Shown here piece after piece: positions 18,393 through 29,274 of a stretch of 64,000 bases of DNA. The DNA is taken from assembly GCA_034667725.1 (NCBI GenBank), contig JAXDQS010000003.1:512001-576000 (forward strand). The letters run 5' to 3'. A program made the translations under genes and the position numbers. How positions within the stretch are numbered: the first letter of the stretch is position 1; every line of letters begins with the position of its first letter. The notes beneath the pieces were generated by a model. The model made no database searches. It was not told the DNA's origin and saw nothing but the letters and a program-made list of their open reading frames with translations. The DNA comes from Thermoplasmata archaeon. Its GTDB lineage: Archaea; Thermoplasmatota; E2; JACPAO01; JAHFTW01.

Positions 18393-20006
18393 ATGGCCCG
18401 CCCGATGCGCCTCCCGGCCCTCCTGCTCCTGGCCCTTCTGGTGGCGCCGCCGGCCCTGGCCCAAGCGGATGGGGACGGCGACGGGCCCCCCACCTGCGAG
18501 TCCCAGGTCACCGCAGCCCTCGGCCAGGTCGCAGGCGCCCGCGCCGACCTCGACCGGCTGCGCGGCGACACGCTGCGGGCCATCGTCGGCTCGCCGCCCG
18601 TCAACCTCACGACCGAGGAGCAGCGCGGCACGATGCGCATCCTGGAGGGCATGGGCGGCCAGATGGCCGGCCTGGTGGCGCCCGCCGACCTTGCCGACCT
18701 GGAGGCTTGCGGTGTCGCCTGCCCGCCGACGCCTGCCCCGGCGGCCGCCCTGCTCACGGCCCGCGGCGGCGCGCTCGCCGCCGACGCGGCCGCCTTCGTC
18801 GAGGGGGACAGCGCGGCCAGCGCGCAGGCGACGCACCGCCGCGTCGCGCACGGCCTGCAAGACCTGCACGGCCTCGCGCACGCTTGGCTGGACGAGCGGG
18901 TCGCAGCGCTCCGCGCCTGCTCCGGCCAGGCGCCGCAGGAGGGCCTGCTGGCGTGCCTCGCGCCAGCCGTGGCGGACCGCCGCGACCCGGCGTCCTGCCT
19001 CGCCGCCGCCGAGGCGGCGTGGCGGCGCGGGCCCGGCGGCCGGGTCGCCAACCGCACCGCCGCAGAGCGGCTCGGGCACGTCGAGGCCGACGGCGCCCAG
19101 GCCACCGGTGTTGCGACCGCTTGGCAGATGCGGCCCGACCCGGTCGCGGCCGTCCAGCATCTCCAGGCGCGCGGCGTCCTGGTGCTGGGCGCCGTCTCGG
19201 GCGTCGGGCCGGCCACCGTGCGCGGCGACGGCGGCGACCGGACCTTGGCCGGCGACCGCACCGAGGTCAAGGTGCAGGACGGCTCGTTCCTGCGGCTCGA
19301 CGCGCGGTGCGACCTGGTGTGCCACCTCACCTTCGGCCCCGGCGTCCGCCTCGACGCGACCGGGCCGGGCCGCTGGGAGTGGAGCGCGGGCCCCGTGCGC
19401 GGCGGCGTCGAGGCCACCGGCACGGCACGCGCCAACGGCACCTGGCTCGAGGTCGCCGCCGGCCGGGTGGCCTTCTGGAGCCTCGGCCCCTCGCTCATCG
19501 CGCCCGTCCCCGAGGCGTGGCTGGCCAGCCCGCGCCTGCTGGGGGTCGCGGTCGGCGTCCCCACCGCCCAGGAGGCCGGAAGCTTCGGCCCGCGCGCCGG
19601 CGCCGTCCGGCTGCGGCCGCACGCCGGCGAGGACGGCTTCACGCTGGAGCTGGACCTGGCGCGGCCCGGCTGCGGCGGCGCGGTCGCGGACGCCCGCCTG
19701 TTCGACGCCGGCGCGCTTGGGCAGATCACGGCCGACCAGGTCGCGGTGCGGCTCGACCGCGGCGCCGGCACCGACGAGCTGCCCGCCTCCGACGTGGCCA
19801 CCCTGCTGGCCGGCGGCGCCGGCTGGGCCCTCGACGGCACCGGCGCGCGGGTCCACGTGCTGGCGTGCGCCGACGCGGCCGGCAGCTACCGCCTGGTCGC
19901 CAACACCGCCAGCGGGCACGGCTCCCCCGGCGCCGGCATCCTCGTCGGGCTGGCCCTCCTGGCCACGGCAGCCTTATGCCGCCGCCCCAAGTGGCGCGCA
20001 GCGTGA
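18393..20006 (+). CDS. Secreted Cys-containing protein with C-terminal PGF-CTERM-like anchor
   Basis: Signal peptide ending ALA. C-terminus SPGAG, a hydrophobic helix, then RRPK. Confidence 0.7.
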   Translation: MARPMRLPALLLLALLVAPPALAQADGDGDGPPTCESQVTAALGQVAGARADLDRLRGDTLRAIVGSPPVNLTTEEQRGTMRILEGMGGQMAGLVAPADLADLEACGVACPPTPAPAAALLTARGGALAADAAAFVEGDSAASAQATHRRVAHGLQDLHGLAHAWLDERVAALRACSGQAPQEGLLACLAPAVADRRDPASCLAAAEAAWRRGPGGRVANRTAAERLGHVEADGAQATGVATAWQMRPDPVAAVQHLQARGVLVLGAVSGVGPATVRGDGGDRTLAGDRTEVKVQDGSFLRLDARCDLVCHLTFGPGVRLDATGPGRWEWSAGPVRGGVEATGTARANGTWLEVAAGRVAFWSLGPSLIAPVPEAWLASPRLLGVAVGVPTAQEAGSFGPRAGAVRLRPHAGEDGFTLELDLARPGCGGAVADARLFDAGALGQITADQVAVRLDRGAGTDELPASDVATLLAGGAGWALDGTGARVHVLACADAAGSYRLVANTASGHGSPGAGILVGLALLATAALCRRPKWRAA

Positions 20007-20953
20007 CGGGCACCCTGCCGTCCCTCCCTGTGGCGGGCGCCGCCGGCAGCGGCCGCCCCCGCCTGCCGGAGTGGTTCAAGGTCCGCCCGCCGGGCGGCGA
20101 CCGCTACGCCGAACTCAAGCAGGCGCTGCGGGCCCGTGGCCTCAGCACCGTGTGCGAGGAGGCCCGCTGCCCCAACCTGGCCGAGTGCTGGTCGGGCGGG
20201 GCGTCCGGGAAGGGCACCGCGACCCTCATGGTCATGGGCGGCACCTGCACCCGTGGCTGCCGCTTCTGCTCGGTCCCCACGGGCAAGCCGGGGATGCTGG
20301 ACCCCGAGGAGCCGCGCAAGGCGAGCGAGACGGTCGGCGTCATGGGCGTCGGCTACGTCGTCATCACCAGCGTGGACCGCGACGACTTGGTGGACGGGGG
20401 TGCTGCGCACTTCGCCGAGGTCATCCGGCGCTGCAAGGCCGACCACCCTGGGCTTCTGGTCGAGGTGCTGACGCCGGACTTCGCGGGCGACGTCGAGGCG
20501 TTGCGGAAGGTGCTGGCGGCGAAGCCCGACGTCGTGGCGCACAACATCGAGACCGTGCGGCGGCTGACCTCGGGCGTACGGGACCGGCGGGCCGGCTACG
20601 ACCAGTCCCTGGCCGTGCTGAAGGCCTACAAGGAGCTGGGCGCCCGCTTCACCAAGACCAGCATCATGGTCGGGCTCGGGGAGACTCCCGAGGAGGTCCG
20701 CGCGTGCTTGGCGGACCTGCGCTCGGCAGGAGTGGACATCGTGACTTTCGGCCAATACCTGCGCCCCACCCAGGAGGCCAGGCATCTGCCGGTCGTAGAG
20801 TTCGTGCATCCCACCCAGTTCGCCGCGTACCAGACGATGGCCGAGACGATGGGCTTCCTGTATGTCGCAAGCGGGCCGCTGGTGCGGTCGAGCTACAAGG
20901 CCGGCGAACTGTTCCTGGAAGGCATGATCCGGGGCGCCAACCCCGTCAACTAA
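20003..20953 (+). CDS. lipA: Lipoyl synthase
   Basis: CEEARCPNLAEC, CTRGCRFC, HNIETV, GQYLRP, VRSSYKA. Confidence 0.96.
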   Translation: MTGTLPSLPVAGAAGSGRPRLPEWFKVRPPGGDRYAELKQALRARGLSTVCEEARCPNLAECWSGGASGKGTATLMVMGGTCTRGCRFCSVPTGKPGMLDPEEPRKASETVGVMGVGYVVITSVDRDDLVDGGAAHFAEVIRRCKADHPGLLVEVLTPDFAGDVEALRKVLAAKPDVVAHNIETVRRLTSGVRDRRAGYDQSLAVLKAYKELGARFTKTSIMVGLGETPEEVRACLADLRSAGVDIVTFGQYLRPTQEARHLPVVEFVHPTQFAAYQTMAETMGFLYVASGPLVRSSYKAGELFLEGMIRGANPVN

Positions 20954-22265
20954 GGTTCGCGCCCGTCGCCTGCCGCACGTGCAGCACGTCCGCCTCGATG
21001 CCATCCCCCGCCTGGCTCCCCCACCGCTTGGTGTCCTGCTGCACGACGGCATGGACCGCGTTGTCCGGCCCCACGGCGCACTCGAACAGGTCCCGGGGCG
21101 GGATGGGGCCGACCGCCATCGCGTCGGGCGCCAGCAGGGCCAGCGACCACGTCGGGCTCGGCTGGTCCGCGTCCGCCGACACCAAGGCGTAGGCGCGCCA
21201 TTCGGAGGCCGCGCCGGGCTCCAGGTCGGGCGTGGCGTAGAAGATCGTCGCCGCCGTGCCCGCGCGGCCGGCGCAGGCGTGCGACAGGCCGAAGCGGCCC
21301 ACGAACGGCGTGACGTCGGACTCCTGCCACGGCCCGCCGGCCAGGCTGCGCGCGACGCCGATGCGGCCGGGAAGGTTGCCGGCCCATGCGACGTCCTGTA
21401 CGCCGCTCCAGTCGACGCGGTCGTCGTGCCACACCACGTAGGCGTTGCCGGCGGCGTCGAAGGCCGCGCCGGGCGGGAGGTAGCCGGTGCCGTTCTGCAT
21501 CGTCGTCTCGTGCTCCTGGGTCCAGGTGGCGCCGCGGTCGGTGGAGCGGTGGATCGCGAGCGGCGTGCCGGCGCCGGTGCCCATCATGCAGGCGACAATG
21601 ACGGTGCGGTCGTCGGCTGGGGATGCGGCGGGGAGGCAGAACTCGGCGCCGGGGAAGCCATGCGTGGCCAGCCAGGTGAGGCCGCCGTCGGTGGAGACGG
21701 ACAGCATCATGCGGGCGGGGGCGTCGGCGGCGTTGTTGCTCATGAGGTACACGACCCCGTCGCCGTGGGCGGCGAGCCAGGGGCGGTCGTCGACGGCGGC
21801 AAGGGTGCCTTGGACGGGCCGCGAGAAGTCCCAGACGGGGCCGTTGGGGCCGGGGCTCCAGCGGTGGATGGCGTTGTCGGGCAGGTAGGTGTCCGCGAAG
21901 TAGAACCGCCCTTCGCCGTCGACGGCGGTGTCGCCTTCCAGCCCGAGGACGAGGGCGTGGACGTTGCCGGGCGAAGGCAGGGGCTTCCAGGTGGCGCCGC
22001 CGTCGCGCGAGTGCCACAGCCACGACGACAGGGTCGTGCCGTCGTTGGGGCGGTGCGTCTTGGCGGCCGCGGCGTACAGCGTCCCGTCGGGGGCGGCGTC
22101 GATGCTGGGCTCGAACCCGGGGCCGTCGGTCGTGAGCAGCGTGGGCGCGCCGAAGGCCAGGACGGGCGGCACGAGGGGCGGGACGGGCTGGGCGTCCTCG
22201 GCGGGCGTCGGCGTGGTGCAGCCTGCCAGCACCAGGAGCATCAGGAGGGCGGCGGCGCGGCGCAT
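20946..22265 (-). CDS. Sialidase-like / BNR-repeat beta-propeller lipoprotein
   Basis: Lipobox LAGC. Asp-boxes SRDGGATW, STDGGLTW, STDRGATW. DRPW motif. Confidence 0.85.
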   Translation of the reverse strand: MRRAAALLMLLVLAGCTTPTPAEDAQPVPPLVPPVLAFGAPTLLTTDGPGFEPSIDAAPDGTLYAAAAKTHRPNDGTTLSSWLWHSRDGGATWKPLPSPGNVHALVLGLEGDTAVDGEGRFYFADTYLPDNAIHRWSPGPNGPVWDFSRPVQGTLAAVDDRPWLAAHGDGVVYLMSNNAADAPARMMLSVSTDGGLTWLATHGFPGAEFCLPAASPADDRTVIVACMMGTGAGTPLAIHRSTDRGATWTQEHETTMQNGTGYLPPGAAFDAAGNAYVVWHDDRVDWSGVQDVAWAGNLPGRIGVARSLAGGPWQESDVTPFVGRFGLSHACAGRAGTAATIFYATPDLEPGAASEWRAYALVSADADQPSPTWSLALLAPDAMAVGPIPPRDLFECAVGPDNAVHAVVQQDTKRWGSQAGDGIEADVLHVRQATGANLS

Positions 22266-22309
22266 GGGCGGCGAAAGCCTGAAGGGCCTCATCAAGCAAG
22301 GGGGCCAAT

Positions 22310-22816
22310 GTGGCGATCACCGACGCTCTGCCCTACTTCCAGCTGGCAGGCCAACTCTCCCTCGTGGTGGGCGCCGCGTTCGCGTTCTACCAGCTGCTGC
22401 AAGTCGAGCGCAGCCGCAAGGACTCCGCCGCCTTGCAGACCGTGACCTCGTTCAACACCCAAGAGTTCCGCACGGCCTTCGCCAAGGTCTACACCCTGCC
22501 GCTCGGCGCCTCCGCCCAGCAGGTCCGCGACGCCGGCCGTGACATGGAGGACGCCGCGACGACGGTGATGATGACGTTCGAGATGATGGGCGTCCTCGTC
22601 CACAGCCGCATGGTGCCCATCGAGACCGTGGACCAAGCCATCGGCGGCTTCCTGCGCGAGTCGTGGCGGCGGCTGGAGCCCTACGTCCAATGGAAGCGCG
22701 CCGAGGTCCAGTCGGTGCGATGGGGCGAATGGTACCAGTGGCTGTACGAGCACCTGGCCACCAACCCACGGCGGCAGGTGGGGGCGTACGAGGCGTTCCG
22801 GGAATGGAAGCCGTAG
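22310..22816 (+). CDS. DUF4760-like protein
   Basis: N-terminal TM, FEMMGVLV, W..L.PYV...R, W.EWYQWL pattern. Confidence 0.72.
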   Translation: MAITDALPYFQLAGQLSLVVGAAFAFYQLLQVERSRKDSAALQTVTSFNTQEFRTAFAKVYTLPLGASAQQVRDAGRDMEDAATTVMMTFEMMGVLVHSRMVPIETVDQAIGGFLRESWRRLEPYVQWKRAEVQSVRWGEWYQWLYEHLATNPRRQVGAYEAFREWKP

Positions 22817-22861
22817 CACAATCCACCCCAGCGGCATTATTTTATATTCAAACGAAAGTCC

Positions 22862-23818
22862 ATGCCTGTGGAAGGTAAGTCGAAGGAAACCAACCCATGG
22901 TTGTTCTCCATAGCATTCCTTGTGGGCATAACAAGTGCCATAGTGTTGTACAATGTCTATCATCAAGAAGAAGTCATTCTATCCACAATAGATATAATAA
23001 ATCTTTCTCTTTCGTTGAGCATGGGTGGGGCCTCCATTGCCTTGGCGATAGTCGCTATCCGGCTCGGAAAAGCCTCCGAGCAGGTAATTGTAAGCCGTAG
23101 TGATGCAGCAATTCAATTGCAAACGAAAGTTTATTCGGATACCATTGAAGCGCTTCAGCAAATCAAGTCATCTACTGGCGTTACAGAGAAACGCATTGAG
23201 GATATTATTGCAGGTCGCGTAGGGGAAATGTCAAAGAAAATTGCGCAAGAGGTTCGGCCCGGATCACCGCTAAAGGCGTTAGAACTCCAAGAAGAAATTC
23301 AGCGAATTATTTCGGAAGATTTGGGAGATTCTAAGAGCGTGGCTGGCCACGCGCGCACTCGACAAGTCGAGCGTCGCAAGCAAATTGATTCGGCACGCTT
23401 GGCCCATGAGTTTGAGCAAGCATTCATTTCTGGTCTTATTGACAAGAAGAAGTATAACTTCTTGCATATTGGCTCCGGCGATCTTCTAGGGTCCGGCTAC
23501 GAACTGATGGATTGCGTGTTCAAGACTGCTAAGGGAAAAATTGTTGGGATAACTTCAATCTATAACGACGATGTGCGTGGACCAAGATTCAGAAAATACT
23601 TAGTCGAACACATCATGCTGATTGTTGACGAAATCAAGGCTGGAAAGTTCGATGCCGTCTTTGTGGTGTTTGCATTCGAAAACATTCATCGGGAACAATC
23701 TGTTATAGAACTGACCGCGGCTTTAAGCTCGCTGGATGCCCAGACCAAAGAAAAATTCGAAATAATTACGGGCACTCCGCAGCAAGTTGTTGAGGTCGTA
23801 TCAAAATCTCAGCACTAG
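22862..23818 (+). CDS. AT-rich, probably horizontally acquired hypothetical protein (2 TM, coiled coil, alpha/beta C-terminal domain)
   Basis: 318-aa ORF with sharply lower GC and A/T-ending codons compared with its neighbours. Confidence 0.85.
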   Translation: MPVEGKSKETNPWLFSIAFLVGITSAIVLYNVYHQEEVILSTIDIINLSLSLSMGGASIALAIVAIRLGKASEQVIVSRSDAAIQLQTKVYSDTIEALQQIKSSTGVTEKRIEDIIAGRVGEMSKKIAQEVRPGSPLKALELQEEIQRIISEDLGDSKSVAGHARTRQVERRKQIDSARLAHEFEQAFISGLIDKKKYNFLHIGSGDLLGSGYELMDCVFKTAKGKIVGITSIYNDDVRGPRFRKYLVEHIMLIVDEIKAGKFDAVFVVFAFENIHREQSVIELTAALSSLDAQTKEKFEIITGTPQQVVEVVSKSQH

Positions 23819-24186
23819 GCCACTTCGTCCCCGCCATGCACCACGGCCGGCGGGTGGATCCGGTTCGAGTCGGGGAAGTCCCGGTACAGCGCCGTCCGAA
23901 GGTTCTGCACCTTGCTCCACACTTGGACGTGCAGCCGCTCCATCTCGCCGGTGCGGGGGGTCATCTCGTCGAACGCCGCCTCCAGTTGCGCCAGGTCCTT
24001 GACGTGGACGGCGACGTGCCATTCGCCCAGGTCCTTGGGGCCAAAGCCGAGCTTGCGGCGCTCCAGCTCCCAGGACTCGATGGCGCCGCGGCCTTTCATG
24101 TGCTTGAGCATGGCCTCGATGGCGGAGGCCAAGTCCAGGTCCTTGAAGCCTGGGCGCAGGTCGAACCAGAGGTGGTAGCGGTCCAT
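23815..24186 (-). CDS. DUF6614-like protein
   Basis: YHLWFDL, RRKLGFGP, LAQLEAAF, ALYRDFPD pattern. Confidence 0.75.
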   Translation of the reverse strand: MDRYHLWFDLRPGFKDLDLASAIEAMLKHMKGRGAIESWELERRKLGFGPKDLGEWHVAVHVKDLAQLEAAFDEMTPRTGEMERLHVQVWSKVQNLRTALYRDFPDSNRIHPPAVVHGGDEVA

Positions 24187-24275
24187 TCGGAGGCGGGAAG
24201 GGGCCGCCGCGCTTGGGCCTTCCCTTGCGTGGCCGGAACGTCAACGCCAAAGAGCGCCGCGCCTCTGCCGGCGCG

Positions 24276-26834
24276 ATGCAGGACTACCGCCTCCCGACCA
24301 GCCTCCGCCCGGTGCGGTGCGCCATCCACCTCGACGCCGACCCGGCCCGGCCCACGTTCTCGGGCACGGTGCGCATCGAGGCGGAGGCGTCGGCGGCGCT
24401 GCCGGAGGTCCGCCTGCACGCGACGGGCCTGCGGGTGCGCGAGGCCTTCGTGACGCAAGGGGGCAAGCGGGTGGCGGCCCCGGTCGCGGAGCGCAAGGAG
24501 GTCGGGCAGGTTGTCCTCCAGGTGCCGGTCGCGGCGGGGACGTTGACCATCGAGGTGGCGTACGAGGGCGACGTGGCCAAGGGCATGGCGGGGCTGTACC
24601 ACGCCAAGGACGGCCACGACGTCTGCCTGGCGACCCAGTGCGAGGCGACGGACGCGCGGGCCTTCGTGCCGTGCTTCGACGAGCCGGGGTTCAAGGCGGT
24701 GTTCGAGTGGACCGTGACGGCGCCGGAGGGCATGGTGGTGCTGGCCAACACGGCCGCCGTCCGCAAGGAGGGCACGACGTGGACGTTCACGCCCACCCCC
24801 CGGATGAGCAGCTACCTGCTGGCCCTCGCCATCGGCCCGTTCGAGGGGACGGCGCCCACCGAGGAGCGCGGCGTGCCGTTCCAGGTGTTCGCCATCGGCG
24901 GCAAGCATCCGCTGGGGGCGACGGCGCAGGCGTTCAGCCATCGTCTGCTGGCGTGGTACGAGGACTACTTCGGGCAGCCGTACGCCTTCGGCAAGTATGA
25001 CCAGGTCGCGATCCCCAGCTTCGCCTTCGGCGCGATGGAGAACCCGGGCCTCGTCACCTTCCGCCCCAGCCTGCTGCTGCTGGATCCGGCCAAGGCGACC
25101 TGGGACGAGCGCAAGGACGTCAACCTCGTCGTGGCCCACGAGTTCGCGCACATGTGGTTTGGCAACCTGGTCACGATGGCGTGGTGGGACGACCTGTGGC
25201 TCAACGAGGCGTTCGCGGAGTGGGTGGCGCACAAGAGCACCGCCGAACTGTCCCCCGAGCTTGATGTCTGGACCCGGTTCCGGCAACGCGCCGCCGGCGC
25301 CCTGGCCACCGACGCCTTGGCCGCGACGCACGCCATCTACCACCCCGTCAAGACCGCGCAGGAGGCGCAGGAGATGTTCGACGCCATCACCTACGGCAAG
25401 GGCTCCGCCGTGATGCGGATGCTGGAGGCGTACCTGGGCCCCGACAGGTTCCGCGCCGGCCTGCGCGCCTACATGGCCGAGTTCCGGTTCGCCAACGCCA
25501 AGGGCCCCGACCTGTGGCGCCACCTCGCCGCGGCCTCCGGGCAGGACGTCGGCGCCATCATGGGCGCCTGGGTCACGAAGCCGGGCCATCCCGTGGTGCG
25601 CGCCGGCTGGGACGGCCACCTCCAGCTCCGGCAGGAGCGCGCCCGCAGCAGCCCCGGCCCGGCCGAGCCGGGCGCCTGGCCCGTGCCGATGGTGGTCCGC
25701 TACGCCGACGACGCCGGCACGCACACGCATCCGGTGCTGTTCGGCCAGGCCCAGGCCACCGTCGAGCTGCCGGTCCGGGGACGCCTCCGCTGGCTCTGGC
25801 CCAACGCCGGCGACGTCGGCTTCTTCCGCTGCAGCCTGGAAGGCCCGCTCCTCCAGCAGGCCTTGGCCAGCGGCGGCCTTGCCCCCGAGGAGCAGGCCGC
25901 CCTGCTGCGCGACCTGTGGGGCGAGCTGCGCGCCGGCAACGTCGCGCCCGAGGCGTTCCTGGCCGCGTTCGAGGGCATCGCGGCCCGCTTGCAGCCCGGC
26001 GCGCGCTACGACCTCGTGGGCCACCTCGTCGGGACGCTGCGCGGCCTCGAGGCGCTCCTGGAGGCGAAGGGCGAGGAGCCCGCGCTTGCCGGCTTGCGCC
26101 AGGCCGCCCGCGTCTGGCTGCGCCCGGCCTACGAGGCGGACGCGCGGGCGGGCGCCGCGGCGCCGCCCGACGCCCGCAAGCGCCGGGCGAGCCTGCTGCG
26201 CGGCCTCGCGGCCATCGCGCGCGACCCCGCCGCGGCCGCCGAGGCGCGGGCGGCCGCCGCGCAGGAGCGCGCGGACGCGGGCGCGCTCGACCCGGACCTC
26301 GCGGCCGCCGCCGTGGCGTCCGAGGCCGTGCTGGGCGACGGCGCGACGCTTGCCGTCCACATGGCCGAGCACCGCGCCCGCCGCGACGCCAACGCGGCGC
26401 CGCAGCTGGTGGAGCGCTACCTCTACTCGCTCGGCGCGTTCCGCGGCGCCGGCGAGGTGGACCGCGTCCTTGCCGAGCTGGCGTCGGGCACCATCGCGCC
26501 GCAGGCGGTGGGGCCGATCCTGCGCGGGATGCTGGGCGAGCCGCACAGCGCCACCGCGGCGTGGCGGCACTTGCAGGCCCACTGGCCGAAGCTGAAGGAG
26601 TCGCTTGGCGAGGCCTGGGTCGCCATCCTGGTGGAGGGCTCCGGCGAGCTGCCGGTGGACTTGGAGGCCGAGGTGCTGGCGTTCTGGGGCCGCGAGCTGC
26701 ACGGCGCGGCCGGGCAGGCGCTGGGCCGGGCCAAGGAGCGGCTGGCCGCCCGCCGCGCGTTCGAGGCGCGGGTGGGGCCCGCGCTCGCCTCTTGGGCGGC
26801 ACGGCTGCCGCGGGCCTTCGTGCCCGCCCGCTAG
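24276..26834 (+). CDS. M1 family aminopeptidase (tricorn-interacting factor / PepN-like)
   Basis: TQCEATDAR..PCFDEP, GAMEN, HEFAHMWFGNLV...WLNE, ITYGKG, ERAP1-like C-terminus. Confidence 0.95.
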   Translation: MQDYRLPTSLRPVRCAIHLDADPARPTFSGTVRIEAEASAALPEVRLHATGLRVREAFVTQGGKRVAAPVAERKEVGQVVLQVPVAAGTLTIEVAYEGDVAKGMAGLYHAKDGHDVCLATQCEATDARAFVPCFDEPGFKAVFEWTVTAPEGMVVLANTAAVRKEGTTWTFTPTPRMSSYLLALAIGPFEGTAPTEERGVPFQVFAIGGKHPLGATAQAFSHRLLAWYEDYFGQPYAFGKYDQVAIPSFAFGAMENPGLVTFRPSLLLLDPAKATWDERKDVNLVVAHEFAHMWFGNLVTMAWWDDLWLNEAFAEWVAHKSTAELSPELDVWTRFRQRAAGALATDALAATHAIYHPVKTAQEAQEMFDAITYGKGSAVMRMLEAYLGPDRFRAGLRAYMAEFRFANAKGPDLWRHLAAASGQDVGAIMGAWVTKPGHPVVRAGWDGHLQLRQERARSSPGPAEPGAWPVPMVVRYADDAGTHTHPVLFGQAQATVELPVRGRLRWLWPNAGDVGFFRCSLEGPLLQQALASGGLAPEEQAALLRDLWGELRAGNVAPEAFLAAFEGIAARLQPGARYDLVGHLVGTLRGLEALLEAKGEEPALAGLRQAARVWLRPAYEADARAGAAAPPDARKRRASLLRGLAAIARDPAAAAEARAAAAQERADAGALDPDLAAAAVASEAVLGDGATLAVHMAEHRARRDANAAPQLVERYLYSLGAFRGAGEVDRVLAELASGTIAPQAVGPILRGMLGEPHSATAAWRHLQAHWPKLKESLGEAWVAILVEGSGELPVDLEAEVLAFWGRELHGAAGQALGRAKERLAARRAFEARVGPALASWAARLPRAFVPAR

Positions 26835-26837
26835 GAT

Positions 26838-26877
26838 GCGTGAACCAAAGTTCATGCGTTGCACGGGCACCCTTAAA
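26838..26877 (+). promoter_or_regulatory. Candidate operator palindrome and TATA-like box of the 2-oxoacid dehydrogenase operon
   Basis: GCGTGAAC-caaa-GTTCATGC at 26838-26857. CTTAAA at 26872-26877, about 32 nt before ATG 26909. Confidence 0.4.
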
Positions 26878-26908
26878 CCGGTGCTTTGGCTGCCTGCGCC
26901 CGAGCCGG

Positions 26909-28000
26909 ATGCCCGACAAGCCCCTGTCCATCCTGGAGAGCAAGAAGAAGGACCTGGAGCTGGACCTCTCGGACACCGACCTCAGGAAGCTCTACACCAC
27001 GATGGTGCGCGTCCGCAAGATGGACGAGAAGCTCATCCTGCTCCAGCGCCAAGGGCGCATCGGGTTCTACCTGTCCTGCCTCGGCCAGGAGGCGTGCCAC
27101 ATCGGCGCCGCCTACGCCCTGAACGAGGACGACTGGATCTTCCCGCACTACCGCAACCCCGGAACCCCCTTGCTGAGGGGGGTGTCGATGCTGCGGATGG
27201 TCAACCAGTGCTACGGCAACGCCGCCGACGAGATCAAGGGCCGCCAGATGCCGGTCCACTACTCCTTCAAGGACATCAACTTCTTCTCCATCTCCTCGCC
27301 GCTCGGCACCCAGGTCGTCCAGGCCGCCGGCGCCGCCTACGCCATGAAGCTCAAGGGCACCAAGCAGGTCAGCATGACCAGCTTCGGCGACGGCTCCTCC
27401 AGCGAGATTGACTTCCACTCGGGCATGAACTTCGCCGCCGTCACCAAGGCGCCGTGCATCTTCATGCTGGAGAACAACCAGTGGGCCATCAGCGTCCCCA
27501 CCAGCAAGCAGAGCGCCTCCGAGTCCTACGCCATCAAGGCCGCCGCCTACGGGATGCCGGGTATCCAGGTGGACGGCAACGACATCCTCGCCGTGTACAA
27601 GGTCACCAAGGAGGCCGTGGACCGCGCCCGCCGCGGCGAAGGCCCCACCCTCATCGAGCTGGTCACCTTCCGCATGGGCGCCCACAGCACCTCGGACGAC
27701 CCCAGCCGCTACTGCCCGCCGGAGCAGCTCAAGGAATGGGCCGCCAAGGACCCCCTCAAGCGCTTCGAGGCCTACCTGCTGCGCAACAAGGTCGTCACCC
27801 AAGCCGAGATGGACAAGCTCGCCAAGGCCGCCGAGGAGGAGGTCAACGCCGCCATCAAGGAGTCCGAGGTCAACGGCCCCCTTCCTCCCGTCGAGACCAT
27901 GTTCGACGACGTGTACGAGCACCTCCCCGAGCTCCTCAAGGACCAGCGCGAGGCCCTGCTGAAGGACTACAAGGAGCACGGGATGCCGGGGGCGCACTGA
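26909..28000 (+). CDS. pdhA: 2-oxoacid (pyruvate or branched-chain) dehydrogenase E1 alpha
   Basis: QRQGRIGFY, GQEA, TPP motif FGDG...ENNQWAIS, HSTSDDP. Substrate not determinable from sequence. Confidence 0.93.
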   Translation: MPDKPLSILESKKKDLELDLSDTDLRKLYTTMVRVRKMDEKLILLQRQGRIGFYLSCLGQEACHIGAAYALNEDDWIFPHYRNPGTPLLRGVSMLRMVNQCYGNAADEIKGRQMPVHYSFKDINFFSISSPLGTQVVQAAGAAYAMKLKGTKQVSMTSFGDGSSSEIDFHSGMNFAAVTKAPCIFMLENNQWAISVPTSKQSASESYAIKAAAYGMPGIQVDGNDILAVYKVTKEAVDRARRGEGPTLIELVTFRMGAHSTSDDPSRYCPPEQLKEWAAKDPLKRFEAYLLRNKVVTQAEMDKLAKAAEEEVNAAIKESEVNGPLPPVETMFDDVYEHLPELLKDQREALLKDYKEHGMPGAH

Positions 28001-28053
28001 TGCGCATCCCCCAGCCGGCCCTCGACCTCGCCCCTCCCCAGGAGGCCCCCTGA

Positions 28054-28286
28054 ATGCCCCCCAAGACCCCGAAGCTCGACCTGACCACCTGGAACGCCGG
28101 CTCGATCGCCTTCCTGGTGCTGTCCCTGGCCAACGGCGTCCTGCTGGGCCTCGGCATCGCCGTCGGCGCCTGGTGGATGGTGGCCTTCCTGATGCAATGG
28201 CCGGTCGCCCTCGCCATCGGCGCGCACCTCGGCCACGTCAAGCTCGAAGGGTCCCCCCGCCAGCCCACTGGACCGGAGGCCGCCTG

Positions 28287-28287
<1 letters not shown>
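28054..28287 (+). CDS. Small 2-TM membrane protein inserted between E1 alpha and E1 beta
   Basis: 77 aa, GGAGG RBS, stop overlaps the pdhB start (TGATG). Confidence 0.65.
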
Positions 28288-29261
<974 letters not shown>

Positions 29262-29274
29262 GGCGGTGCGACCC

